This document shows positions 1-11,179 of a stretch of DNA of 64,000 nucleotides, piece by piece. Both the position numbers and the translations under genes were made by a program. The stretch lies in NCBI GenBank assembly GCA_963845515.1, contig CAWJSR010000022.1:1-64000 (forward strand), written 5' to 3'. The DNA comes from an uncultured delta proteobacterium (GTDB lineage: Bacteria > Myxococcota > Myxococcia > Myxococcales > Anaeromyxobacteraceae). Numbering within the stretch: position 1 is the stretch's first letter; every line of letters starts with the position of its first letter. The notes beneath the pieces were generated by a model. The model worked only from the letters and a program-made list of their open reading frames with translations, was not told where the DNA came from and did not search any database.

Positions 1-449
1 GTCGTGGTGCTCGACACGACCTACCCAGGCCGGCAGCCTGGTAGACCGCTGATACCGGCACCAACAACGTCCAGGTACGTCCCCGCCGCGCAGCGCGAGC
101 TGGCCACGAAACGACCTCGCCGCGATCGTTGCTGAACGATCGGCTCTGTCTACACGATGATGAAGGCACCGGAACCACGGACTCTGCATGGCCGGTCGGA
201 TTCCATGAATGCCGCGGAGCTTCGCGGATCTTCGAGGCGGCTCCACTAGGGGTCATAGCGGTCATCAGCGGCCACTCGACATCGATGGCTCGGACGACAG
301 TCGAGGGAGTCCGCGACTCCGCGGTCAACTCGATCTCGTATCCAGCGGGCGATGTTGACCAGCACGACCAGGGCAACCATGCGCGGCTGGAGATCGACAA
401 CACACGGAGCAGGACGCTGCGATGGTCGAGATGGCCGACAGCTCCGTGA
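1..449 (+). other. Possible degraded 3' end of a coding sequence (beta-helix-like fragments)
   Basis: Short protein-like segments in changing frames (DTGTNNVQVR; VRDSAVNSISYPAGD; RLEIDNTRS), ending at TGA 447-449; no continuous frame. Confidence 0.2.
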
Positions 450-519
450 CGGTTACCGCGAGGCGGGCTGATTGTCGAAGCTTCTGACGACCCCAGCCTC
501 TCCTCAGAGGTCATTCGTG

Positions 520-2059
520 ATGTATCGCATCCTCGTCCGTCGTGATTCGTCGTCTCCCCGGCTGCCGCGTACGCTGGCTCCAGGGGCGCTCGAACGCTTC
601 CGGGGAAAGCCGGCGGCGCCGACCGCGGTACCTGGGAGCTTGGGATTACCGCGACCGGCTCGACCTCGCCACGGTCTTCAGGATCCGCTTCGCCGACGTC
701 GTGAACGTCAGGGACTTCGGCGCGGTCGGGGACGGCGCAACCTCCGACATGGAGCGATTCAGGCCGCGATAGACGATCAGCGCCCGCGGCGGCGGGGAAG
801 AGGCGCGCATCCCCCAGGGGATTCGCGCTGCAACGTGAAGGTCGGAGCAAGGAGCGCTTCAGGCGCGGGCCGCTACGGTCCTGAAAGGCGGTGGCCGGAT
901 CGACGTAGTGGTCGTCGAGGGGAGGCACTTCGCGGCCCTGACCGGAAGCTCTTCGAACTGACGGACATCTACGCCGGCGACAACTACGTGCAGCTGACCA
1001 ACTGCGTCATCGACGGCGACAAAGCGGCCCAGAGCACCGGCTGGGTGTACGCCTCGCGGGCCGCTCGGCACGTGGCGGAACGTCGTCGTGCAGACCGGCA
1101 GGTCCGGCGGCATCCTGCACCAGGTCGATTACCTATCCCGGCTCCACCCCGGAGGACCTCCTCGAGAGCTTCTTCGACAACATCAAGGTCGCCAACGGCG
1201 GCAACGGCTGGACGTACCGCGGTCCGCACGACGGCGGTCAATGGTCTCATCGCCGCGAAGAACTACGGCTACGGGTTCCAGAACGAGGGGCGGGCGGGCG
1301 GATACAACGGCGGAGTCTCCGGCACCAACTGGAACGCCTGGTCGAGCGCAAAGGGCGCGTACAAGCTCGATTGGACGGTCTCGTCGCTGGTCAACTTCAT
1401 CGCGGGCAGGCGAAGGGGACGATTGGGCTGGACGCGTACGCTGGCCTACGGCATGTCCCAGTTCGTCGGAGCGCACCTCTTCTCGTTGTCGCGCCGTCCT
1501 TCGCGTTGGTAGGTCCTGACTGGGAGCATCTCGCACAACACCACGGCGGGGGTGAGGCTGGAGGGCGCCAGCCTGACTGCGATCGACATCACCCGGTACT
1601 GCCGCCGAGGGCGTAGCGTTCGACGTCGTGCTCTGGAAGGCGGCGCGAACAGCATTCGGAGCGACGGTGTCCACGAACGGGACCGGAAGACTCTGTGGTG
1701 GGAACCTTCCGGGCAGGGACGTGCTGTCGATCGACGGGTTCGACGGCAGAGGAGTCTTCCAACTGTCCTGCGCGTTCCCAACCTCACGAGAACCTCTCCT
1801 TGAAGGCGATTCCGTTCGCCGGACCATTACGACGGCGCACCCCATGCCGTCCCCAACCCCTCGCATCACAGACCGGCGAGCGGATTACGGTTCGGGTCCG
1901 GAACGCATCGGGCGGGCCCCGGCAAGAACGACGTGGGCCTCGGCTACAGGCTCGGCCATGGTCCACCCGGCGCCCGGCTACAGCCGATCAGTCGACTTCC
2001 AGTACGACGGCGCGCTCTGGATCGAGGTCTCCCGGCACTGCGGTCGACGTCCCAACTGA
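520..2059 (+). CDS. Pectate-lyase-3 / tailspike-like right-handed beta-helix protein, heavily frameshifted
   Basis: Fragments join into ITATGSTSPRS.QDRFADVVNVRDFGAVGDGAT...AIQAAIDD (about 645-780), then Asn/Gly-rich beta-helix text (NYVQLTNCVIDGDK; NYGYGFQNEG) and a C-terminal YSRSVDFQYDGALWIEVSR; many frame breaks. Confidence 0.6.
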
Positions 2060-2087
2060 AGGCGCTGACGGCGCCGAGAGTCGGTGG

Positions 2088-3208
2088 CTACGTCCTCCAG
2101 ACCACCCGGTTCACGTAGTCCGTGTAGCTCAGGATGATGCGCAGGACCTTCTCGCTGACGTTCGGCGCCATGTAGTCCGCCACCGTCCTGAGCATCCGAT
2201 CGTCGCCGCGGGGTTGCCGCTCCAGGACGCTCAGCGCGACCTGAATCGTCGGCCACTCGAGGCCGGTCATCATCACCGCGCCCTCCTCCATCCCCTCGGG
2301 CCGCTCGTGCGCGTTCCGGATGTTGAGGGCCGGGAAGTTCAGGATGCTGCTCTCCTCGGTGATGGTCCCGCTGTCGGAGAGCACCGCCTTCGCGGCGAGC
2401 TGCAGCCGAACGTAGTCGCTGAAGCCGAGCGGCTTCAGCAGCTCGACGAGCGGATCCAGCGTGACCTTCTCCGCCTCGATCCGCTTCCGCGTCCGCGGGT
2501 GGGTGGAGACGATCACGCGGTGGCCGTACGTCTTCGCGAGCTGGTTCAGCACCTCGCACGAGCTTCGTGAACTGCTCCGGCGCGTCGATGTTCTCCTCGC
2601 GGTGGGCGCTGATCACGAAGTACTTGCCCGGCTCCAGCTTCAGGCGGTCGAGAACGTTCGACGCGTCGATCTTCGGCCGGTAGTGCGTGAGCACCTCGAA
2701 CATCGGGCTGCCCGTCTTGATGACCCGATCTGGCGCAAGCCCCTCGGCGAGGAGGCACTCCCGGCTGATGGCGCTGTACGGCATGTTCACGTCGCTGATG
2801 TGGTCGACGATCTTGCGGTTGATCTCCTCGGGGACACGCTGGTCGAAGCTCCGGTTGCCGGCCTCCATGTGGAAGATGGGGATCTTCCGTCGCTTCGCGG
2901 GATAGCTCGCGAGCGAGCTATTGGTGTCGCCGAGCAGGAGTAGGGCGTCGGGCCGCAGCGAAGCGAGCAGCTCGTCCACCTTCGCGATCACGAGGCCGAC
3001 CGTCTCGGCGGCCGTCTTGCCCGCGGCACCGAGGAAGTGGTCGGGCTTCCGGATCTCCAGATCCTCGAAGAAGACCTGGTTCAGCTCATAGTCGTAGTTC
3101 TGGCCCGTGTGGACGAGCGCGTGCTCGACGTGCCGATCGAGGACCGGAATCACGCGGGAGAGGCGGATGATCTCGGACGCGTGTGCCGACGACCGTCATG
3201 ACTCTCAT
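2088..3208 (-). CDS. wecB: UDP-N-acetylhexosamine 2-epimerase, non-hydrolysing (FnlC/QnlB/WecB family); frameshifts near 3180 and 2555
   Basis: [10 protein letters not shown] start, [50 protein letters not shown] motifs across two ORFs. Confidence 0.9.
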
Positions 3209-3276
3209 TGCGAAGCCCTCCAATCCCTTCCTGCTGCGCGGGTCGCAGAGACGAGCCACTCGTGGCGGCGCTAGCC

Positions 3277-4450
3277 TCATGCGTCCGCCGCTGGCGACCT
3301 TGTCCAGCATCGACCTCGACTGCGGATCGCCCCCTCGACGTCGGCAAACGCGCCACCCGCTTCTACGGCACCCGTGCGAAAAGCCAGATGCTCCGCCTCG
3401 CCCATGTCCACGCATCGCTGCAGCGTCTGGGTCCAGAGCTGCATGTCGGAGAGGGGGACATCGAACCCGGCGCGCTTCGACTCAAGCCCGCGCCAGGAGG
3501 TCGTGTCGCTCAGCACGACCGGACAGGCGGCGGTGCAGCGCCTCCACGATCACATGGCCGAAGTTCTCGAAGCAGGTCGGAAGGACGAGGAAGTCGTAGT
3601 CGGCAAGGGTCGTTCCCACGCGCTCGTGCGGGAGCTCCCCGCAGTACTGGAGCTTCACGTTCGAAGGGAGGCGGCGACTCGCGCGCAGACAAGCCCTCCA
3701 GTACTCCTGATCCTCGACAGGCCCAAACACGTCCAGGGTGACCGCTCCGCTGACGGGCACCAGGGCGTCGATGGCGTGAGCGAGGTTCTTGTTGGGCACG
3801 ATGCGGGAAAGGAACACCAGCCGCGCCTCTCCCTTCACCTTCGCCCGCGACCTCGTCGCGCCCGCCAGCGCCTTTCCGACGAGGTCCCGCGCGACGAAGA
3901 CGTCGTCGGTCCTCGTGCCACGAAGCGGCCCGGCGAACGCCTTCAGCAGCTCGTCACGCTCGAGGGCGGTGGACGCCTGCCACGACGCACCGTCAACCAA
4001 CCCGGACAGGGCTGCGAGCCGGAGGAACGGCCACTTCTTGTAACGCTTCCGGCCGAGCGCGCTCGGGGAGAGCTCTCCACGGGGTGCGATGAGGAGCGGA
4101 TGGCGCGGCACCTGTCCCAGTCGCCGCGCAAGCAGGTAGCTGCGGGTCAGCCCTGAGAAGAGGCTGTTGGCATAGACCACGTCCGGCCTGGCTTCCCTCA
4201 GCGCGCGTGCGACGCCGGCGCGGCTCTGCTGTTCGGGGCTCATGTAGCGGACGTGCGCGCCGTCTCGCTCGATCCATCGATCGCGCTCGACGCCGGGATA
4301 GGGGGCGGCGTCGCCCAGATCCCGGTCGCGGGTGAGCACCCAGAACTCGTAGTCGCCCGGCATGCGCTCGACCATGCCGGCGATGGTGCGTAGCGGGCCG
4401 CCGAACCTGAACCCGGGAAGGAAGGCCCCGATGAGCGTGAGGATCTTCAT
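3277..4450 (-). CDS. Glycosyltransferase family 4; frameshift near 3535, 3' end uncertain
   Basis: MKILTLIGAFLPGFRFGGP start; FLSRIVPNKN and ENFGHVIVEA (EX7E) motifs; continuation LSDTTSW in another frame. Confidence 0.8.
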
Positions 4451-5341
4451 GCAGCGGGGTCGGGGGAGCCACGGGCGCCTGCCGGGCGCTCCGCGATCTC
4501 CGCCGCCAACTCGTCGAGCATCGCGTCCCAGGACGGCGCGCGATACGCGACGCGCTTCATGAGCGCGCTGGAGTCGAGGCTGCGGTCGCACACGAACTGG
4601 TCGTCGGGACGAATCTCGACCCCCTCCAGCTTGACGCGCGCCTGGAGCCTCGTGAGCAGGTCGAACTTGTCTATCGGGTCCGAGGAGAGGTGCCACAGGC
4701 CGCCGACTTCCGGCGCCGACACCAGCATGTGCTCGATCGCGCGTGCCATCTCGGCGGTCGTCAGCCCGGAGTAGATCGCCTTCCTGAACCCCTTGATCGG
4801 GCCGCGCTGGGCGAGGAACCACTCCACGAGGCTCTTCTTGCGGGAGAGCTCCAGGCCGATGATCGAGGTCCTGAGCGTCAGGCAGTGCGGCTCGTGAAGC
4901 TCGCCGAGGAGCTTGGACCTGCCGTAGAGGTCGATGGCGTCGGCAGGGTCCTGCTCCGTGTAGCTCCCCTTCGTGCCCGAGAAGACGCAGTCGGTGCTGA
5001 GGTGGACGAGCCGGGCGCCCGCCGCCTTGCACACCTCGGAGAGCCGGTGCGGGAAGAGCGCGTTGATCTCCAGGCTGGGGATGCTCTCCTTGGCAGTGGG
5101 GCGTTGCTTGACGATGCCGATGGCGTTCACGACCGCGTCCGGCCTCGCCTGCGCGACCGCGCCGACTACGTCCTGGAGGTTCCTCGCGTCCACGCCGTAC
5201 AGCGCCGTGATCACCGGAGGACGCCGTCCCGTAGGCCGCCTCGTCCTGCCTGAAGGTGACGAAGACCTCATGCCGCTCGCGCCACGCCTTCACGAGCGCA
5301 TGGCCCAGCATCCCGTCGCCGCCAAAGATCAGGATCCTCAC
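4447..5341 (-). CDS. RmlD-like NDP-4-keto-6-deoxyhexose reductase (QnlA/WbvR type); frameshift near 5220
   Basis: GTG start, RILIFGGDGMLG; HLSTDCVFSG and YGRSKLLGE motifs. Confidence 0.85.
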
Positions 5342-6577
5342 GCAGCTCCACCCTTCCCTCGCGCGCGGTCTCCGGCACCACGCAGCAGTCGCTCCATGGA
5401 CTCCAGGCACGCCGCCCGCGAGAAGTGCACCTGGTAGAACGCTCTCCCGCGGTCGCCCATCCGTGCGCGGTCCTCGGGCTGCAGCGCCATCATCCGCCGA
5501 ACGTTCTCTGCCAGGGCTCCAGCGTCCTCGGACGCTCCCACGAAGCCCGCACCGGAGTCTGCCACGACCCGAGCCCCAGCGCCGTCGAGCGACGCCAGGA
5601 TCGGCGCCCCCGCCGCGAGGTAGCTCTGGACCTTGCTCGGGATGGTCATGGAGAGCACCGGGTCGCGGTTGAGGGAGACCAGCATCGCGTCGGCCGTGGC
5701 GAACCACTGCGGCATCTCCGCGAGCGGCCGCCGGTCGACGAGGTGGACGGCGCGCGCGAGCCCTCGACGTCCGACCTCCTCCGCCAGCCACTCTCGCCGT
5801 GACCCGTCACCGACGAAGACCCAGTTGATGCGAGCGTCGTCGCGCAGCAGCGTCGCCGCCTCGAGGATCGTCTCGAGCGCCTGGACCCGGCCCAGGTTGC
5901 CCGCGAACATGACGGAGAAGCCATCCTGCCAGGGATGGCGCTCTCGGTGGCGGAACCCGCGGCTGGTCGAACACCGCGTCGGCCCAGTTCGGGAGGTAGC
6001 TGATCCGGTCCCGGTGAACCCCTGCCGCCTGGAGGGGCGCGAAGAAGTCCTGACTCTGGACGGCCACCGCGTCGCACCGGCGATAGAGGCTCCCGGCAAG
6101 CCAGCCCGCCGCCTTCAGCAGCGCTGGAGACCTGACGAGCCCGGTGGACGCGAGGGTCTCGGGCCACAGGTCCTGGACCCACGCGACCACTGGAATACCG
6201 CGGAGCCGCAGCGCGAGCGCTGGCAGGATGGTGGTCACCGGCGTGAGCTGGAACACCAGGACCGCGTCCCACTCGCGCCCCACTCCAGCGAGCGCGAACG
6301 GCGCGGCGAGGAGGAAGGAGCCATAGTTCGCCGCCAGGCAGAGCGCCCCGCCGCGCCCGCGGGGAACGACGGGCAGTCTCCGGATCGGAATCCCGTTCCA
6401 TCGCTCCCGGAAGGGCCCGAGGAGCCCGTACCCGTCGAAGAACCGCCCCTGGGGATAGTTCGGGAGCGCGGTCACGACCTCGACGGAGTGCCCCCTGTCG
6501 CGAAGTCCTAGCGCCAGGTCGTTCACCTGGAACGACTCCGGCCAGAAGTGCTCCGTGACGATGAGGATGCGCATCAC
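5338..6577 (-). CDS. Glycosyltransferase family 4, WbuB-like; frameshift near 5950
   Basis: MRILIVTEHFWPE, ALPNYPQG, WVQDLWPE, FAGNLGRVQ and TIPSKVQSYLAAG motifs split over two ORFs. Confidence 0.85.
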
Positions 6578-6602
6578 CGTGGACCGATCACGACCCGCGT
6601 GC

Positions 6603-7625
6603 TCACGTCTCGACGGGCTCGCCCTTCATCGCCTTCTGCACGCACTCGAGCTTCCCGAGCAGGGCGCACATGCCGTCGACGTCGAGGCGCGTCGTGTTGT
6701 GCGAGTTGAAGTCCTCGCGGAGCGAGATCTCCTTCTTGCCCTCGCTGAAGTAGAGCGAGTAGTTGAGGTCGCGGTTGTCCGCGGGGACGCGGTAGTAGTT
6801 CCCCTTGTCCTCGGCCACGGCCATCTCCTCGCGGGTCAGCAGCGTCTCGTAGAGCTTCTCGCCGTGCCGGGTTCCGATCACCGTCACCGGGGCCTGCGAC
6901 TCGAGGAGCTTCTTCAGCGCCAGGGTCAGCGTCTCGATCGTGCAGGCCGGCGCCTTCTGCACGAAGGTGTCCCCGGGCTTCCCGTGCTGGAAGGCGTAGA
7001 GCACGAGATCGACCGCGTCCTCGATCGTCATCATGAACCGGGTCATCGCCGGGTCGGTGACCGTCATCGGCTTGCCGTGCTGCATGGCGTTGATGAAGAG
7101 CGGGATCACTGACCCCCGGCTGGCCATCACGTTCCCGTAGCGGGTCACGCAGATGGTCGGGGCGGTGCCCGCGACGCGCGACTTCGCGACCGCCACCTTC
7201 TCCATCATCGCCTTGGAGATCCCCATGGCGTTGATGGGGTAGACGGCCTTGTCGGTGCTCAGGACGATCACTCGCTGGACGCCGGCGGCGATAGCCGCGT
7301 TCAGGACGTTCTCGGTCCCGAGCGCGTTGGTCCGCAGCGCCTCCACCGGGAAGAACTCGCACGACGGGACCTGCTTCAGCGCCGCGGCCTGGAACACGAA
7401 GTCGACGCCGGTCATCGCGTCGCGCAGCGAGCCGGGGTCGCGCACATCGCCGATGTGGAAGCGGAGCTTCGGATTGGCGAACGCCTTCCGCATGTCGTCC
7501 TGCTTCTTCTCGTCGCGGCTGAAGACGCGGATCTCGCGGATCTCGGTCTCGAGGAAGCGCTTCAGGACGGCGTTGCCGAAGGTGCCGGTGCCGCCGGTGA
7601 TGAGAAGGGTCTTGTTCTTGAACAT
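6603..7625 (-). CDS. fnlA: UDP-GlcNAc 4,6-dehydratase/5-epimerase (FnlA/WbjB/CapE)
   Basis: Intact 340 aa ORF: LLITGGTGTFG, AAALKQVPSCEFFP, LSTDKAVYPINAMGISKA, GTRHGEKLYETL. Confidence 0.93.
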   Translation of the reverse strand: MFKNKTLLITGGTGTFGNAVLKRFLETEIREIRVFSRDEKKQDDMRKAFANPKLRFHIGDVRDPGSLRDAMTGVDFVFQAAALKQVPSCEFFPVEALRTNALGTENVLNAAIAAGVQRVIVLSTDKAVYPINAMGISKAMMEKVAVAKSRVAGTAPTICVTRYGNVMASRGSVIPLFINAMQHGKPMTVTDPAMTRFMMTIEDAVDLVLYAFQHGKPGDTFVQKAPACTIETLTLALKKLLESQAPVTVIGTRHGEKLYETLLTREEMAVAEDKGNYYRVPADNRDLNYSLYFSEGKKEISLREDFNSHNTTRLDVDGMCALLGKLECVQKAMKGEPVET

Positions 7626-7718
7626 CGCTGATTCCTGTCAGATGTGACCGGTGCGTCCCGTGCGAGGCCGAATCGGGCCGTCGCGGTGGGTTGAGCACGT
7701 ACGGCGGCCTCGACCGTT

Positions 7719-8930
7719 CTAGCCGGACTGCTCCTCCCGCGACAGCAAATCGCCCTCAGGCCCGAGGTGGGAGCCGCCATCGCCACGAACCTTCTTCCGC
7801 AACCAGCCCGCCAGCTGGGCCGGCCACTTCGGGTCCATGCAGGGACGTTCGACGAAGATGAAGAACAGGAACGTGGTCGCCAGGACCGCGGGAAGCGCGA
7901 AGGCAGCCTCCACTGCGAACCGAGCCATGAACGTGGAGCCCAGCGGTATTCGATGAGCAGCCCTCGGCCCCACGTGCGCGATGACGGCGACGTGCAGAAG
8001 GTACATGGAGTAGCACATGCCGCCTATCGTCGTGAGCCACCGAAGGCGGACTACTCGATTGGACACCGCTCCCCGAAAGGCCCCCACATAGGCCATCAGC
8101 ACGCATGGCGGCAGCAAGGCCTCGAAGCGGCCCAGGAGCATCAGTGTCGCGACCGCGGACCACCCCACCAGCGAGGCGAGATCCCACCTCAAGGAGACGG
8201 ACGGCCTCTGCTCCCAATCGACGAGGAAGAGGTCCGCCAACAAGAAACCAGCGGCGAAGAACTCGATCTGCCCCAACACGGTGAGCGTGAGCAGCGCCTG
8301 GGTCTGGGTAGGGACCACGCCGCGCATGGCCGGAGCCGCCAGGATCAGGGCGAGCACCGCCGCGCGGCGGACCCATGCGTCCTTGACCGAGAAGACCACG
8401 GCGAGGAACGGCGCGAGCACGTAGAACTGGACCTCGACCTCCAACGTCCATGCGACGTCGTTTACGACGCTGGCCATCCCGTAGATGAGATTGTGTTGAT
8501 ACACGAGGCTCGCGAGCAGGTTGGGCCATCTCGAGAACCCTGCCGTCCCCAACAAACGGATTCCGCCGATGAACAACAGGAGCATTGCGGCAATATAGGG
8601 AGGCTCGAGTCGGCTCAGGCGGCGCAGATAGTATGTCTTCAGGGATGGCTTCGAGCCGACCCCGAGCCTCCATTTGGCAAAAGGCAGAGCCAGCAGGAAG
8701 CCGCTGAGCACGAAGAACAGCTGGACGCCCCAGTGTCCAATGCTCAGCAAGCGGGGCAACCAGGCTTCCCCAGGCTGAACGCGTGCGCCCGCCATGTTCG
8801 TGAGCGCGGTATATCCGCCGAGGTGAAAGAGAACCACCGCAGCGATCGCCACGAACCGAAGTCCGTCCACCTCGGGGATGAAGCGGCGTCCCTCGGACAT
8901 GACGCGAGTGAATCGGTTGGTCAACCTCAT
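7719..8930 (-). CDS. Membrane acyltransferase, OafA / Acyl_transf_3 family
   Basis: FIPEVDGLRFVAI, GVQLFFVLSGFLL, RRLSRLEPPY, WTLEVEVQFY, FFIFVERP; multiple hydrophobic segments. Confidence 0.9.
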   Translation of the reverse strand: MRLTNRFTRVMSEGRRFIPEVDGLRFVAIAAVVLFHLGGYTALTNMAGARVQPGEAWLPRLLSIGHWGVQLFFVLSGFLLALPFAKWRLGVGSKPSLKTYYLRRLSRLEPPYIAAMLLLFIGGIRLLGTAGFSRWPNLLASLVYQHNLIYGMASVVNDVAWTLEVEVQFYVLAPFLAVVFSVKDAWVRRAAVLALILAAPAMRGVVPTQTQALLTLTVLGQIEFFAAGFLLADLFLVDWEQRPSVSLRWDLASLVGWSAVATLMLLGRFEALLPPCVLMAYVGAFRGAVSNRVVRLRWLTTIGGMCYSMYLLHVAVIAHVGPRAAHRIPLGSTFMARFAVEAAFALPAVLATTFLFFIFVERPCMDPKWPAQLAGWLRKKVRGDGGSHLGPEGDLLSREEQSG

Positions 8931-8947
8931 CTGCGCTCGCTCCTCGC

Positions 8948-10099
8948 TCACGCGCCCACCCGTGGTTCACCGAGCTCCGGGGCGACCTTGCGCAGCAATT
9001 CGCACGTGAAGGACTCGGATCTCGACGCCGGGCGACTCACGGAGTCGGTCGCAGCACGCGTCAGCAGTCGATCGAGCTCCCTGGAGAGGTCCTCGACGGT
9101 CTCGAGGATCGGAAGGCCCGTCACGCTGCGGGGATCCACGATGAACCCCCGGGTGCGCTCGTAGGCAGCCCAATCCTCCATGAACAACACCGTCGGCCTG
9201 TCGAGCGCCATCCATTCAACGACGACCGAGGAGACGTCCGACACGAGCACGTCCGAAGCTGCAAGCAGTTCGTACACGCTCGCACTCGCCGCAGCCAGAT
9301 CCTTGTTGGTGACAAGTCGAATCCGCCGATAGCGACTCAACGCGTCCGGCGTCACCTGCGCCATCGGATGTGGCTTCACGACACACACCGCATCGTGTCG
9401 CTCCAGTACCCGCTCGACTGCATCGAGCGCAACGCCGTCGTTCACGACGTCGCAGCGCGGGTCGCCATCCACCGTCGTGCGCACGGACGCCGCGCGGAAG
9501 GTGGGCAGCCACGCCACCAGAAGGCGCGGACTTCCCAGGACTTCGCGCAGATGAGCAGACGGCTCCGCCAGCCTATCCAGCCTGGGATGCGGGGTCAGAA
9601 TGACGTCGCTTTCGGCCAGGCCGAACGCCTGCGCGACAATGGGCCTCCAGCTTTCGCCCGATGCAATCGTCTTGTGGCTCCGCGGCACCAGCGCTCTCGG
9701 GTTGGCCGGATCGAGGTATGCGATTCTCTTGAACGGCATTCCATGCCACAGGTTGATGATGACTTGGCGAGCCGACAGGCACGGGAAGGAATAGCATCCG
9801 TGGGTGAAGAAGACGTACCGCGACGTCAAGTATGCCCAAATCCCCTGCGCGCTCTTCCGCGTCAGAATGCGAACGTGCTCGCGGTCAGCCCACAGGGGAC
9901 GAACGCAGTCGGGCTCCGTCAGCACGACCAGGTCTGCCGCAGTGCCGCTCAAGGCGTCGACGAACGCGCGCGTCGTGTCGTCGAAGTCGGGATAGGTGCA
10001 CAGCGTCACTTGCGTGCGGTATTTCGGAGTCACCGCCTTCGCCAACCAGAACAGGGCACCGGCCAGCCAGCGGATCACATTGGTACGGGTCTTCGTCAC
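8948..10099 (-). CDS. CDP-glycerol:glycerophosphotransferase family protein (TagB/TagF-like)
   Basis: NLWHGMPFKRI, HPRLD, WLPTFR, KPHP, SDVLVSDVSSV motifs; GTG start inferred. Confidence 0.85.
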   Translation of the reverse strand: MTKTRTNVIRWLAGALFWLAKAVTPKYRTQVTLCTYPDFDDTTRAFVDALSGTAADLVVLTEPDCVRPLWADREHVRILTRKSAQGIWAYLTSRYVFFTHGCYSFPCLSARQVIINLWHGMPFKRIAYLDPANPRALVPRSHKTIASGESWRPIVAQAFGLAESDVILTPHPRLDRLAEPSAHLREVLGSPRLLVAWLPTFRAASVRTTVDGDPRCDVVNDGVALDAVERVLERHDAVCVVKPHPMAQVTPDALSRYRRIRLVTNKDLAAASASVYELLAASDVLVSDVSSVVVEWMALDRPTVLFMEDWAAYERTRGFIVDPRSVTGLPILETVEDLSRELDRLLTRAATDSVSRPASRSESFTCELLRKVAPELGEPRVGA

Positions 10100-10128
10100 G
10101 CCAATCCTTGCTCGACGGTTCCTGGCTG

Positions 10129-11115
10129 TCAGGCCACGCGGCCATCGGGAATGACCTTGATGCTCTCTACTGCGCTCCTCCAAGGCGTCCTCTCGATGCC
10201 GGCTCGCCTCCTGAGCCATCTTTCCACCGCGGGAAGCGCAACAGCACGCGTCAGAAGCCTCAGGTCGCGCATCTGAACCCCTCGCCCGCGCGCTTCCCGT
10301 ACCTCCTGGATCCACGACTCCTGCGCGGCGATGCGGTCGATCACGGGTTCGAGCCACGTCGCAAAGCGCTGCCACGCTGCCTCGGGAGCGTCTCCTAGAT
10401 CGTCGGCTCCCAGGGTCTGTCTCAGGTAGCAGATCCGGGCTGCGAGACCCGCCCGCAGCTGGCGCCGCCCACCCTCCAAGAGAGAGACGTTTGATCCGTG
10501 CTTGCGCAAGGAGAGGACGACTTCTCCGAGCGAGCGAATCGTTCCCAGCCGTGAGAGCCGCAGCCACAGGTCAACATCTTCCGCGTGCCGGAATCGCTCA
10601 CGATACCCGCCCGCCCGCTCCAGGGCTTCCTTCCGGATGATGACAGTCGGGTGAGCAATGGTGCTTGTGCCGCCCAGAATCCTGCGCGCGGTATCGACGC
10701 CGTCGGTTGGAAACCTTCGAACGCCTAAGGAGGCTCCCGTCTCGTCGATCACCTCACAGGCACCGCCCAGCACCACGACGCTGGGGTCCGCGCGAATGGC
10801 TGCGTATTGGCGACTAAGTCTGCTCGGATGCGAGACGTCGTCCGCGTCCATTCTCGCGACGAACTCGCCTTCGGCCTCGGCCACCCCGCGATTCAGCGCA
10901 CTCACGATTCCGCCGTTCGGCTGCGTCACGACGCGGAGCCGTCGATCCTTTTCGGCGAAACGTCGGAGGATGTCCGGCGTCCGGTCGCTAGAACCGTCAT
11001 CCACGATGATCAGCTCGAAGTCGTCGAAGGACTGGCGCAGGACACTTTCCACCGCCTCGTCCAGGAAGCGCTCGCCGTTGAAGACGGGCATGACGACGCT
11101 GATCGGCCGCCTCAT
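10129..11115 (-). CDS. Glycosyltransferase family 2
   Basis: ISVVMPVFNGE, IVDDGSSD, ARMDADD, AEDVDLW. Confidence 0.92.
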   Translation of the reverse strand: MRRPISVVMPVFNGERFLDEAVESVLRQSFDDFELIIVDDGSSDRTPDILRRFAEKDRRLRVVTQPNGGIVSALNRGVAEAEGEFVARMDADDVSHPSRLSRQYAAIRADPSVVVLGGACEVIDETGASLGVRRFPTDGVDTARRILGGTSTIAHPTVIIRKEALERAGGYRERFRHAEDVDLWLRLSRLGTIRSLGEVVLSLRKHGSNVSLLEGGRRQLRAGLAARICYLRQTLGADDLGDAPEAAWQRFATWLEPVIDRIAAQESWIQEVREARGRGVQMRDLRLLTRAVALPAVERWLRRRAGIERTPWRSAVESIKVIPDGRVA

Positions 11116-11179
11116 CGATCACTCCTCTTCACCTTGGGCACGCCTCTTGTCAGCACCATCGTGGGCTTCTCCTCGACCT

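Noticed and set aside
3482..5791. 769-aa reductase-GT4 fusion
   Set aside because: Frameshift artefact; GT4 has its own ATG at 4450 overlapping the reductase stop
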